Part shown: positions 1-12,228 of the stretch, one piece after another | Position numbering within the stretch: the stretch's first letter is position 1 | Layout of the letters: every line of letters begins with the position of its first letter | Source: Phoronis australis | Lineage: Eukaryota > Animalia > Phoronida | Length of the DNA: 64,000 nt | Assembly (NCBI GenBank): GCA_002633005.1 | Contig: NMRA01000302.1 | Span: forward strand, 410,504 to 474,503 | Direction of reading: 5' to 3' | Notes under the pieces: generated by a model | What the model was told of the DNA's origin: nothing | The model's database searches: none | The model's input: only the letters and a program-made list of their open reading frames with translations | Program-made: the position numbers and the translations under genes

Positions 1-282
1 AGCGTTTAGACTTATTACATAAAACTGCAAGAACTTATTCAAAGATGTGCACATTCCAACACGAGTTAAAGATAATTTTATAAAAAAATAAACTCAAAAT
101 CTATTCTAAATACTATCTGCAGTCCACTGTTTTGCAGGAGATGGCCAAGCACGAGTTCTTCACGTTTTGTGTTCTTTTCATGGACTCTTATTAAGCTACA
201 TCGCCTCCCGCTGAGCAGAACGCTGAACCGTATTACAGGGTGTGTCAAAAAGAGTAATCTAATTATTGAGTTACTGATTAGA

Positions 283-400
283 GGAGACAGTGTGGCCTGG
301 TGTGACAGGTGACCGCCTTCTTTACTTGAGGTCGTGCGTTCAAGGCCCACTGGGCCACACTGCTAGACCCTTGAGTCAGATTTCTGGCTCCTCAGCCCGG
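283..400 (+). mobile_element. Possible tRNA-derived SINE relic
   Basis: A-box-like TGGCCTGGTG (293) and B-box-like GTTCAAGGCC (338), followed by a CCCTTGAGTCAGA segment; degenerate. Confidence 0.3.
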
Positions 401-2081
401 TTTTATCTATATATTAATAAAGCACAAAAATAGTTCCAGGTGATCAGTGAAATTGGCCCACGTGCGCGGCCTGCGCACGTCTGGTACAATGTGTTTTGTT
501 TTAGACCAGTAACGGTCACAAAATAGACGAAAGACGTTAATGTATCAAATTTGTGATGATTTCAAGTCATTTTAAGGACTTTAAAAAAGAATTAACAGTT
601 GGTTAGTGCTTGATACTAGACTCTTCAAGTTGACTTGTCACGGCGTATCTTTTTATGCGTCAAGCATGGTTTCGAGGAATGACGAACGACTGTCCGACAC
701 TTCTTTGCAAACCCAGAAATCCCATCTCAATTTCAACACGTAAAGTTCAGTTTTATAGCAGAAAGTCGTCTAAATCAAAAGTTGTCCTTGTGCACGGAAG
801 GCAGGCAAAGAGGCCGCTTTAATCTAATACATGCGCAGTGACTTCTTGTAGATACACGCCTCAGAACGAGGTGTACTTGTGCCAGTTATGAAGTTGATAT
901 CTTAGTCACAGTGGGTGTGCTCGTGTAGTAGACATACAAGTACTATTGTGTATCAAAACTTAGTGCATGACATTGAGGAGTCCATAACATTCAGTATTGT
1001 GCGATGCTTGCCAGTGTGTGTTGTGGCTACACTCCTGCAAATATTGTAAATTATAGAAAATATGTCTACATACTTAAATAAAGGATGGATAAATATCACT
1101 GTGTTGTTTTGTTTATATTTGGTTTCTTTTACCAACGGTGTGGTTTTGGTCATGTAAACTGTAAACAAAGACGGACAAGAAGGAATAACAATTGAAAGTT
1201 GCATAACATGAAACATGGAAAAGATTTGGAACGGGTGAGTACAAAGAGGAAACGATCAGTGTTGTGTTTTGTATGGTTTACCATGATGTCAGTGGACAGG
1301 TAACTATCATTCAATGCTCTCTCACAATCGTCGAATAAAATATAATTTTCCCCTAAAAATGACAAGTACGAAGAAACGATTCTTATTAAATATTTATTGG
1401 ACCCACTAGACCTGAGAAAGATGGCCGAAAAGTGTTGCGCGTGATTTCCAACTCGCCTTAGAGCATCACAACTGGCGTGTGATTGGCTACTGTAATTGTG
1501 CGTCACAACAACAACTTGTGATTGGTTACAATCCTTAGTGCGTAACGAATTCCAACGGCACCTGTTTTGTGAGATCTATATCCAATCCAAAAGTAACCTA
1601 CATTTTCCTGGCCTGATTTGATTCCAATATTCAAAATTGCTGTCCTTTACAGACTACAGCAAATTGCTTGGAATGATTTTCAAACACAACGTGGATGTTG
1701 TTCAGACTGAAATTAAATTTTGGTATGATAATGAAGCTGTACAAAGACACCGGATTCAAAAACCACGGTCTTGGTGTGTATCATCGACCTGCAACTTTTA
1801 AGACTTGTAAATCTTCTAGTAGTTCAGCAAGATGGCGAGTTAGCATTCCTAAATTATGGTTCAAGTTAGATTCATTGAGTACTTATAGCAACTATTGTTA
1901 TGATTTTTTTCTATTTGGACCTTAGTTGTCCTGTTATAGGACTTTGAATGACATTACATTGAACGACAACTCTAGATAATGCAATTTGTCACAAGACATG
2001 GTGATTCATCATTATGCCTTATCAATAAAAGTGTAGTCTAACTATCACATCACCATTTTGCTATGAATATGCATGAATATT

Positions 2082-5000
2082 TTAGGAAGATTTCTTCTTT
2101 TCTTCCTTTCTGTAGTAGAGAACAGTCAACATCATAATCAGGGCCAGAGAGGATGACAAGATCTGATTGGCCATCATGCTGTAGTCGTTAATGGCCAACA
2201 GATTAGTGGCAAAGCGACCTACAATTGAGAAAAAAATCATGTTCAAGAGTACCGAAATCCACAAGCAAATTTGCACAATCGTAATATAAAAACTGAAGGT
2301 CCCGAGTTAAATAAACTGACAAGTCGGCTTTCACCTTACGTTGGAACCCGACAGAAGTGTTGGGGTCGCGACTTTACTGAAAACCCATCATTTAATCATG
2401 ATACTATTGTACCCGCCAATCCATTGTCGTCCAACAGAAATCTGGCTAAAATTATGCAAATGAGCTTCAAAATATTCCACAGTTTGGAAATAATTAATAA
2501 TATACGATTACATAATCAAATAAAACTTACTCATACTCGTGGTGAACGTCATGCCCCATGTGACTGGGCTAACTTGCCCCGAATCCCCCGATTTGTAGAT
2601 TGCATACCACTGGAAGGCTCGACTAAATAGCAACACTGGACCTATGTTTCTCTACGAGTTGGGGAAAGAATAATAATTCGCATTAAAAATGAAAAAGTTT
2701 CCATATAACTTAAAGTACAGGTTAATGGCACTTAATAGATCAGACCCAAACCAACCATAGTTAACGCTCGAATTTAGAACTAATTTGGAACCGGAAGTGA
2801 AGTGATTAATTGTAAGCTGGAATTTTGCAAATGTGAAAACTGTAGTTTTGAAACTTTTTTGGGTTTTATTGACAGGCAAAATTGTTACCTTTAAGAAGGC
2901 TCACAAGAAGAAGTTTCCATTTAACTAGTTACCAAAGGAAATTCTTAAATTTGCATGACACTAACAACGGCCATTGAAAAATACAAATTAAAGGTGTCGG
3001 AAACTGCAGAAGTATTTCAATAAAAGAAAACACCTTAAATAACTTTATCATATAACCAAAAACTGAGAACTTCAAACTTGTTTCCAGGATTAACACTTCA
3101 CTAAAGAAAAAAAGGAACATACCACTAAAAAGACCAATACCCAGTCTGGTGTGATTCCATTTAACACTGAAAAAAAAGCTGCAAGATATCTTTCACAGTG
3201 TTAAGGAGACTAGGTACTAATTGCACAATCTAATGTTTCGGAATTTAATTAGTAGAAGCGACAGTACTTAACATACATTTAGTTGCCAATTGTCTCTCTT
3301 TTGCGGGAACGTCCCGCACTTTGAAGCTTTATCCTACACAGTCGCCAATATAATGCCAAGCTTTTGACATATAACCCAAAATTCCCGCATTACCGTGTGT
3401 TTTTTGTGCTTTTCCAAACAATTAATCCCTATTTCATTGGCACAGAAAACAAGAAAAAAACCACATCGGTTGTTTCTGGGTGTTGCAGTAGACACCTGCT
3501 CTTTGGGTGCGGCCTAGATTCATGTCTGCCGCTTTCTCGTTTTCAAAAGTTGTCAACTATACTTTTGGTAAATAAAATGACTATCAAAAAGATTAACTTA
3601 TCAAGTTCAGTATTTAGCATTAGCACTCAGTCTGTTCTCCCCACACGTGAGATCTGATTATTTTTCAAAAATAGATGTGCGGAACGCAAGACCAAATTTT
3701 TGACTTAAGTCTTAAGAAATTTTTCATGAAACAGACCTCGTTTTTTTAGCTTTTGTTACCGCAAAACAAGAGTACATGTGCGTGCATGTGTACGCAACTT
3801 TTAACAGAAATTGAAAAGCTTAACTTACGTGAACTATTTAAAGCCTATTTTCACATCTGAAAGGATACATTGCTATTGCCACTGCTAACTTTAGGTTGAA
3901 AAGGTTTTGATGATACACTATAAGGAACAGAAGAATGGCACCTGAAAATGCATGAGACGTTAAAGTCGCAAACAGTAAATCAACAAATCAAGGTTCAAAT
4001 AAACGGTTCTTCAAAAATGTTGTCAACTTACATAAACTGTAATTATAATAAATAATTCATTTGGGCACAATTTTTACTGCAAAGGAAACAAGCAAACTTT
4101 TGACGATGAGATTTATGTTCAGGAATATGCAAAGGTCAGATGTCTCACTTTGAAAAACTTCATTAAACACTGATCAGATGCCTCACTGAAGTTTAATGTA
4201 AAATACCTGACCATTGTAATTATGGTACAGTGCATACTTGCATATGAATCTGGCAGTCAAAAGTTATGAAAGGCGTATCTGATGTTTGAAATTGAATTTG
4301 AAATTTTGAACATTTCAGCTTCATTTTTGACACATTGACATGTGGTGTTGTTTATAATGTCCGTTATGAAAAATAATGTAACTCAGACATCGCCAGAAAG
4401 TATTATATCTGGGTGTAGTGTTATCACAATGTTTGCCAAATGATTTTCCTAAAACTACACAGCTTCGAAATAAGAGTGGTAAACTGCCCGGGTCAAGGTC
4501 AAGACGAAAGTATTTTGTACTTAAGTAGAGTTCAATAAAGTTCAGCAATATTTACCTTGCAAGGATAAAAACACATGCTCCAAGTAGGCGCCCAGAGGGT
4601 GGCCTTTTGCGGCCTGGTATAAGAGACAACACGAACAGCTGGAAATGAACACGAATTAGAAACAACAGCCACGAATCACTATACCTTAGAAGCATCTTCG
4701 TCAAAAGACAAAATTTAACATTACGGCACAAGTCAGTTACAGAGTTTCCAGAAATGTTGTAGCATTTAAAGTCACACACAAAAACAATTAGCTTATAGAA
4801 TTGCCATAATATCAACGTACGTAAACTTATGGGGCCCATGTATTTTTTTCATTTCAGGGTCCTGTGGCGTTATAGCGTCTGGAACTATGTGATCGGTTGC
4901 ATGAAACAGTCCCAAATAGGGACTCAACTAAGTTCCCTAAATCTTTTTCGTATTTGTTTCGCTCTTTAGGCGCTGGGGTAACATTTTTCTATAATTTTAT

Positions 5001-8000
5001 CTTTATCATGAGCTCTTCTTTGAATAATGGCATTTTCTAATCATATAACTAAAAATTGAGCCCTTAATTCAATCAAAATAATTAGGGACTTAGTCCTTAA
5101 ATTGGGGGTGTTGCATTAAAAGTTCCCTACTTATTTTCAATAATATTGAGAATTCAATGTAGACTTCACTGTCGATTTGTTTCAAAGCCAAACATTGACT
5201 TAGTAATGATACCCAAACAGCATAAGGTAGGACAATCAGTGTTTTCACAAGCCCGCAAATAAGAAGTAGATTTAGGGAACTTAGCTGAGTCCCTGTTTGG
5301 GACTGTTTCATGAAACCGGGCAATGGTTTCTTTTTCTTCAAACGTTCCAAATTGGAACCTCTAACCATGTTCGACGTTCCAAACGATGTTTTATTCTTTA
5401 AAGTAAAACTCTTCAGAAGTGTCATTATCTTTGTTGCACAGGCGAGAGACAGAAGCATAACGAAAGTACTTCTTTTTATAGTTCCGTAATTTTTCAGGTA
5501 GTCATCACTTACGAGGATCGTTTTAATTAGAAAAACATAATGATGGGCCAGTTGACCCACAGGGCCTCAAAGCTTTGAGTTAATTTTTAAGCGCTATTGA
5601 TAACATTATCCAGTGTTTTTGTTCCTTTTAGACAAATGTGTTATAATTGCAACCTCAGCTCCTACAGGGCCAAGAGAGAGATCACAGTGCACGCAATGAC
5701 GAGGAGTTTGGTCCAAAAATTATCTCAGCACATAGTATAGTTGAAAAGGCTGTGTGAAATATCGTGGAACAAAAAGCAATAAGAAAATGTGAACCATTGT
5801 TTGAATGGCTCGTATTACGCGACCAGTTGTCAATAGCACATCATTGTCTCCAGGGTGTATCTCAATAATTTGTAGGAGGTAATAAATTACTCCTTGGTAA
5901 AGTGTCAGTTTTGACGTTTTATTGTTGTTGAAAACTAACTGTTGAATAAGCAAAGTTGCTTACAGCACCAGGTGTGACGTATAATAATATGATATTTCAA
6001 GAAGAAAAACAGCCCAACGATAGTCATTTACGGTTATGCAATGCTCAACAAGACCAACAGGTGGGCTATACTCCGTTAATTTAAGTTGTAAACAGGGGTG
6101 GCGCAGCACCGAGGCATAATCCGCCAAAAGCTTCCGGCGTATGAAGCGCCTATAGGAGCATCACCATCCCTATTGGGGCCAGTAGAGACTGTGGCACAGT
6201 CTAAATTAGACACTGACCACCGTCTCTGGCTGGCGAGCTCCGTAAAAATAGGAGCGCGCGCAGTGTAATAATGGCCAGTTGACGATTTGGGCAACTGAAC
6301 GAAGGACTACTCGACGAAAAAAAATTGATTACGGGAGTATTTGTTCGAGTTGGAAGGAATTAAAAACCTAATAGCACACCTCATGAGGTTGTTACAACAT
6401 ACATATCACTGAGGAGTCTCAAGAAAGTGAGCCACTTTTTGACAAGTAATTTCTCAGCAACGGATTAATCGATTTTTTTTTCAAATTCTTAAATAAAAAT
6501 CTTAGAATACCGTCAACAAATGTATAAAATATCAAAGAGACCTATGTCCAATTGTGCGAGTACTGTTAAATTAAAAACATCAGGTCAAAAAATAAAATAT
6601 CAAAGGGAAGGTCGCTTATTTCAGTCTATGCTCAATGTGGCCTCCATCTTCCTCCGCGACTAAATGGAGCAGTTGCTTCCAACCATAAATGTGTATTTCT
6701 TCCATCGAATCGAAATTTCCTCCCATGACATAATTATCTTGTCTTTTAACTCCCGCTCGGTAAATTTGCCTTTCATTCCTCGGCAAACTTTCTCCTTCAG
6801 AGAGTCTCATATGGCACAGTCCTTTTTTTACGAATTGCAGTCAGGACTGAGCGGAGGCCACTCATCCTTTTTGATGAATTTAGGTGTGGCTTCCTCCATA
6901 TGAGCCTGAGTTATCCTGCCTGATCTTGCTGAAACACGTAATTGTTTCCACGAAAAAGTCGCCTGCAATCGAAGAGAACGTTTTCGTGCAATAACTGCAT
7001 TTATGGTTGATTGTTAACTTTGTCTCTATCAGTGTCAACAAAATGAATGTTTTTCCTTCCCAAGATACTCCAGCGGAAACCATTACTTTTTGAAAAATCT
7101 GGAAGTTTCATGATAGAGTGGAGAAGAATAAATTTCTCGTTTTTGTTTTCAATTAACACGATCGTTTTGGCGATTTACCGATTTCTAGCGTAAAGTCTTC
7201 ATCACCAGACATAATGATACTTTTCACATCAATAGCGGTCATGCAAGTAACTGTATAGACTTTTTACTTTTCCTTCTAACATTTTGGTCTCTCCGCGATA
7301 CCCACATTCTTTTGAAGGGTTTTAACTCCATTTTTTTTTTTGCCATTCTTTGCACAGAAGACTTGCTTACTTGTAAATACTTTGCAACTTCTCTCAAAGA
7401 TTTGCGATTCCCCGGGTTGTTCTCCTGGGATTGAATCAGTTCCTCAACAAGACCCTCGTTTTCTTTCGAACATGCAGTCTGGGGCTTCCCACTGCCATAT
7501 TTACGCGCAACAAACCTTGTGTTGCTTACTTTAGCAATAAGCCTATAGGCTATTTACAGTCGCACAACTCCATCCTTTTTCTGGGAACTCCCTTACGATT
7601 CTTCTTCCGCTCCACCCTTTCTCCTTGATACAGGTTTCAACTGCAAATTTATCATTTTCACTTAAAGACATCCTTACAAATCGGTATATTTGACAAAACT
7701 GATTGGGATAGAGATTTGACAACATAAAACAGTAGACTTGAGCCCCATGCGGGCAACTGTTTGGACTGACAGTTGCCAGCACCGCATGAACGCAATGAAA
7801 GTCAAAGTCATATTGCATTTTTACCCCGATGCTTTTAATTTCACGGTACTTTCATAGCTTTTTATATTTCTCCAAGATACTTTGTGAAAAATTAGAACGA
7901 ATTCGGTTGGTTGATTGCTGAGAAATTACTTGTCAAAAAGTGGCTCACTTTTTGGGACAGCTGATATATAACGAAGCCATAAGTACATGTACCAACAGAT

Positions 8001-9697
8001 TAATCCTAACGAAATCCGTCGCCAAAAATTTAAAAAATCATCACTTGTCACGAACTGGAACCGAGTGATACTCCGACATTTTAGATTTTCCGCTAAGTCG
8101 GAATTGAGATTCCTTGGGAACGATCGAATATCAAGGCCGACTATTCGACTGGACTATGCGTGTTTTACTAGCTGGGAGTGACTAACTTAGGCAAACATTA
8201 TAAACAAAACAACGGCCATGCAATATCATAATAGTTAAGTAAAATCTGTATACAGTTTGAATATTATGACAATTAAACTTGCAAAAATATTGAAAATAAA
8301 TTCAGACGGGGATAACTAAGATACCGGTGATCTCGGCGACTTTTTAGACGACTGACAATATTTTCCTATCGCCGACATTCAGTTCATAGATCACACTTTG
8401 ATTACACTCCTTCCCGTTTGAGTTTTTAGACAATGGAGGTATCGATTGTGAATTTTTGTCACGTTTTAAAGTCTGTTTTGTCTAATTGAAAATTTGAGTC
8501 AATTTATCAAGGGATTATTTACCCGGCAAAGTAACACATGGAAACTGCCGGGGTTACTTTGTCGGTTGCCGTCGTGTTCAGGCAGCAAAAATGAAGAACA
8601 GGCGCGGGTTATTGCAACTCAGGTGAGGAGCGTACTGTTTTGAGAACAAGTTTTTGTTTGTTGAAACATCGCTGTGTGTGGATGCTTTTTTTACTTTACA
8701 ATTTTAACGCCCAGTAAAGCCGATGCCGATTTGCTGTCAAGTTACGCAGAAATGCGCTCACACGTAGTCACACGCCAACTGCGGTTAATTTGCATCAGTT
8801 TTATGATGTGGCGATTAACGAAAGACATTTGCCGATAATGAAAGATTTTTCCATTAATTCATTACCAGAGTGGGTCCTGCTTCTGAAATTTGACGTGCCC
8901 TCGCGGTGCTGCAACAGGGCTGACCAAAGTCAAACTCAGTAATGATGGCTGCGTGATATGCTAAGAACAGATAAAATTCGGACAAAGAATACTCAAATTT
9001 GCATGAAATGAACGAAAATTAGAATCAATAGCAACCAAACAAAATACCAACGCTTTTACGCTCATGGTGATATCAATACGTTTTTAGGAACATACATATG
9101 TAGCCGTCATTCACTATATAATCGTTCCCCGATGCACACAGGGAACTCGGGTAACGGAAATAGACGGGAATAGTCGATGATTTTCTGATCTCGACCTTGG
9201 TATAAGATTGAGCTCAAAAAGGCTTTTAATTTGATGACAGGAGGTAAACGTTATGCCATGTTACATATTACTTAATCTGGTATATTTTCAAGTTTTTGAA
9301 CTAGATTACCCTTTAAGACAAGGACTTTAAAGACACCAACGGCCTCCTCAGTCCCTTCTGAGTATGCACATAAGGTATACTTATAATAACGGTGACATAG
9401 ATGTTTTAATCAGTGTGAGGCATAATTTGTCAAAGCTTCTGGCGTATGAAGCTCCTGTGGAAAGCTTCACCATCTCTACTGGGGTCTCAAGGTAACTGAG
9501 CTCTCATTGACTCGCGCGATTCGGCGACTGGTACAAACTTACGTGTAAATTTCTAGTAACACACTAGAAAAACTCAAACTCTTTGCACTCGAAGTCGTCA
9601 ATATGTTGTATATCTGAGGACCTTTCACCACTAAACAAGCAACGATAACATAACTGTTGAGAACGTTCACAACATCTAGTTCTGAAATTGAACCCAT
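2082..9697 (-). CDS. SLC66A3: PQ-loop membrane protein SLC66A3/PQLC3-like, copy A (6 exons, 211 aa)
   Basis: Exons 9697-9543, 4638-4556, 3941-3869, 3189-3123, 2651-2531, 2218-2082 join in frame (636 nt) with GT-AG ends. The translation MGSISELDVVNVLNSYVIVACLVVKGPQIYNILTTSSAKSLSFSSVLLE..LYQAAKGHPLGAYLEHVFLSLQ..SRAFQWYAIYKSGDSGQVSPVTWG..RFATNLLAINDY..LTVLYYRKEEKKKSS matches the PQLC3 pattern from recall (KLPQI..SARGLS, YPPLTYLEY, DSGTVSALTW). It ends in a KKxx motif. Confidence 0.88.
3190..3868 (-). other. U12-type (minor spliceosome) GT-AG intron, intron 3 of copy A
   Basis: 5' splice site GTATCCTTT (3868-3860); branch site TCCTTAAC about 10 nt upstream of the AG (..ctccttaacactgtgaaag). This junction is needed to keep the frame. 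Confidence 0.9.
4890..5322. mobile_element. MITE with ~55-bp TIRs and 3-bp TSD (PIF/Harbinger-like)
   Basis: TIRs tgatcggttgcatgaaacagtcccaaatagggactcaactaagttccctaaatct / agatttagggaacttagctgagtccctgtttgggactgtttcatgaaaccgggca. ATG is duplicated on both sides; the site is empty in the paralogous intron (ctggaactatggtttc near 17774). Confidence 0.8.
6406..7964 (-). mobile_element. Decayed Tc1/mariner-superfamily DNA transposon (maT/DD37D-like)
   Basis: TIRs ..AAAGTGAGCCACTTTTTGACAAGTAATTTCTCAGCAA / TTGCTGAGAAATTACTTGTCAAAAAGTGGCTCACTTTTTGGGACAGCTGA, TA flank. Frameshifted transposase from about 7671 to 6616: MSLSENDKFAVETCIKEKGWSGRRIVREFP, MVSAGVSWEGKT, KDEWPPLSPDCN..D.AI, GGHIEHRLK*. Confidence 0.85.
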
Positions 9698-11100
9698 CTT
9701 CATAACTTCGCAGCTAACCTTTGACCCGAAACATTGTTTTCTGCGAATGCGAACCTGGTGGCACACACTGAAGTTTCAAAATATGGGCCACGACAACCAG
9801 CTCAACAGCTTGAGTCTGTAAGGTGTCTCTCAATAGTTTTTGTTTTTCTTTTTTTGGGCCAAGGTTCACTTTGACTCCCCCAATTTCATTAAAAATTTAC
9901 ACCTGCTGGGTTGGCTGGGCATTTCAAGTTCTGTGCTGCATGTGAAGGCTACGAATGGCATCTCCTTTGGCGATTTTTCAATCTGTTCGGAGCGAGCGAT
10001 TGTCAGCTCTTGACGGACCCCTTGAGCCACTTTTTGCTCAGCCGCGGATTTTCTTAAACCTTTAGTGCTTGCAAGCGGGAAGTAGAAATTTAGCAGGAAA
10101 TTCAGGTTCAATTCAGACTCTTTGGATTTTTGAAAAATCTGGCCGGTCGACACCCACATTTTACCTGATTTTTGGCCGGCCGGAATCTGGAATTTTGGCA
10201 GTCTGAGTGCACTGTCTCTCGCTTCTTAGTAATGGTGACTTTTGGGTGAAAACTATAGACTCGTCATATTTCTCCTGTTTTTTTTTTTTTTTCAAAGTAG
10301 CCCGGCGGCTGCACTTCCGGTAGTCCTAGAAGAGGAATTGACTTTGAAATCAGTGCAAATTTTCAAGTTTTGTACATCCTGTGGAACAGTCTGTTGGAGA
10401 TGATTAAACTTGGTTTTTCAAGCCCCAAATCGGGAAAAACTGCTGAGTGCCACCTTAGACCGAGTCCATGTGTCTGCCTTGAGTCCATATTCTCATTAAA
10501 GCCTTTTTTTCAGTGCCTCATTTTTGCCTAATGGATTTTGCATACAGTTTTATATGGGTTGTTTTTCGTGAAACATTTCACTAATCCAACTGCCAGTCAA
10601 CTATTCTACGATCTGCAATGAGCTATATTAATTTATCTCATTTTTGGCGTGCGTCCCGCAAAGGCAAGAATCTCAGCCGAATCTTCTGCATTGGATTTGT
10701 TTGTTTTCATTCGAGTGATCCTTAAAGTTTTTCTTTGCTTTTACTGCTTCTGTTGTTATTTTTAATCCCCTTGGGGTACCTCAAGCATTCCCGCCAAAAA
10801 TGCAGGCTTCAGTAAATAGGAAACAATAGCCCGTCCCAGTCTGCTGAATTATCACTCAACACAATGAGAGATGTGTTACGAGCCTTGACAATGCAATAAA
10901 ACCGCGAGTATTCAACATTTTCCAGGAAACAGCCTTTCCTCTACGCATTTACCCGTGTTACAAGTCTACTAGACTGATATCATGCTAACCCAAAAAGAAG
11001 GTTGAATGACTAGGTCGCTTATTGGCTTTTCATAGGCCTAAGAACTAGCCGACATCTTTCTCCTCATTAATTTCACTTACTGCTATAGATATATTATATA

Positions 11101-12228
11101 TCAGGTGTCCCGAAAAGTGAGCCACTTTTTGTCAAGTAATTTCTCAGCAACGGACACACCGAATTTTTTAAAATTTCGTGCAGATAAACCTTAGAATGTC
11201 GTCTACAAATATGCAAAATATCAAAGAGATCCGTGAATAATTATGCGAGTCGACTGTCAAATTAAAAACAAGTCTAAAAAATATCAAAGGGAAGCTCTCT
11301 TATTTCAGTCTACGCTCAGTGTGTCCTCTTTCTTTCTCCACGACTAAAGGGAGCCGTTTCTTCCAACCAGAACTGCTTTACAGCATTTCTTCCATGAAAA
11401 AATTATCCTGTCTTTAAATTCCTGCTCAGTCAATTTGTCTCTCACTCCCCGATAAACTTTCTCCTTCAGTGAGTGACATGTGGCACAGTCCTTTTTTAAT
11501 TGCAGTCAGGACTGAGTCGAGGCCACTTAACCTTTTTGATAAATGTTGGTGTGGCCCCCTCCAGATGAGCCTGGGTTATCTTGCCCCATTTTGTTTCCAG
11601 GATAAAGTCGCCTGTTGACTTTAGCTCCACCAGTGTCAATAAAGTGAACATTTGTTTTCCTTCCCGAGATACTCCAGCAGAAACCACTACTTTTTTGAAA
11701 ATAATGGGCGGCGCAGCACTGAAAAAAGTGGGGTTATAGCCCCCCTNCCCCCCAGCCACTTTTATGCGCAACAGACCCTGTTTGTGTATCATTTGTCTAT
11801 TTACATTGGAACGACTCCACCCTTTTCCTGGGAACTCCCTTGCGTTTCTTCTTCCGCCCCAACCTTCTTTCTTGAAACAGTAAGTTTATCCCTCAAAGGC
11901 ATCCTTACAAACCGTAATATTGGAAAGAACTGATTTGGATACAGACCTGACAATACAAAAACAATGAATTTGAGACCCAGGTAGAAATTTGTTTGACTGA
12001 CAGATGCCAGCACCGCAAGAACAAGATGAAAGTCACAGTGATATCATTTTTCACCCTACTGTATTGAATTTCACAGTACTTCCGTAACTTGTCATATTTC
12101 TCTGAGATACTTTGAAGACTTGTTGGTGACACCCTGAACATACATTGTTAAAAAAATGAACGACTTCGGTTGGTCAATTGCTGAGAAATTACTTGTCAAA
12201 AAGGCGCTCACTTCTTTGGGACACCTGA
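11101..12228 (-). mobile_element. Internally deleted copy of the same Tc1/mariner (maT-like) family
   Basis: TIRs TCAGGTGTCCCGAAAAGTGAGCCACTTTTTGTCAAGTAATTTCTCAGCAA / TTGCTGAGAAATTACTTGTCAAAAAGGCGCTCACTTCTTTGGGACACCTGA between TA dinucleotides. Remnants VVVSAGVSREGK and WPRLSPDCN. Confidence 0.85.

Noticed and set aside
600-790. Similarity to 39700-39880 (gttg.cttgtcacggcg, tcgtctaaatcaaaa)
   Set aside because: Probably two old copies of a dispersed repeat; ends and TSD could not be defined, so it is not annotated as a feature.
5090-5560. 156-aa ORF
   Set aside because: It runs across a MITE boundary in intron 1, is not preserved in the paralogous intron, and has no recognisable domain.
9714-9727. 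DR1-like nuclear receptor motif TAACCTTTGACCC conserved before both PQ-loop ATGs
   Set aside because: Conservation is expected from the duplication itself, and the same motif also occurs in an unrelated intron (about 41485), so there is no independent evidence of function.
9698-9766. N-terminal extension of copy A (MCHQVRIRRK..)
   Set aside because: It starts at a non-ATG codon and is not conserved in copy B; the shared start is MGS (an ATG two codons upstream in A is possible).
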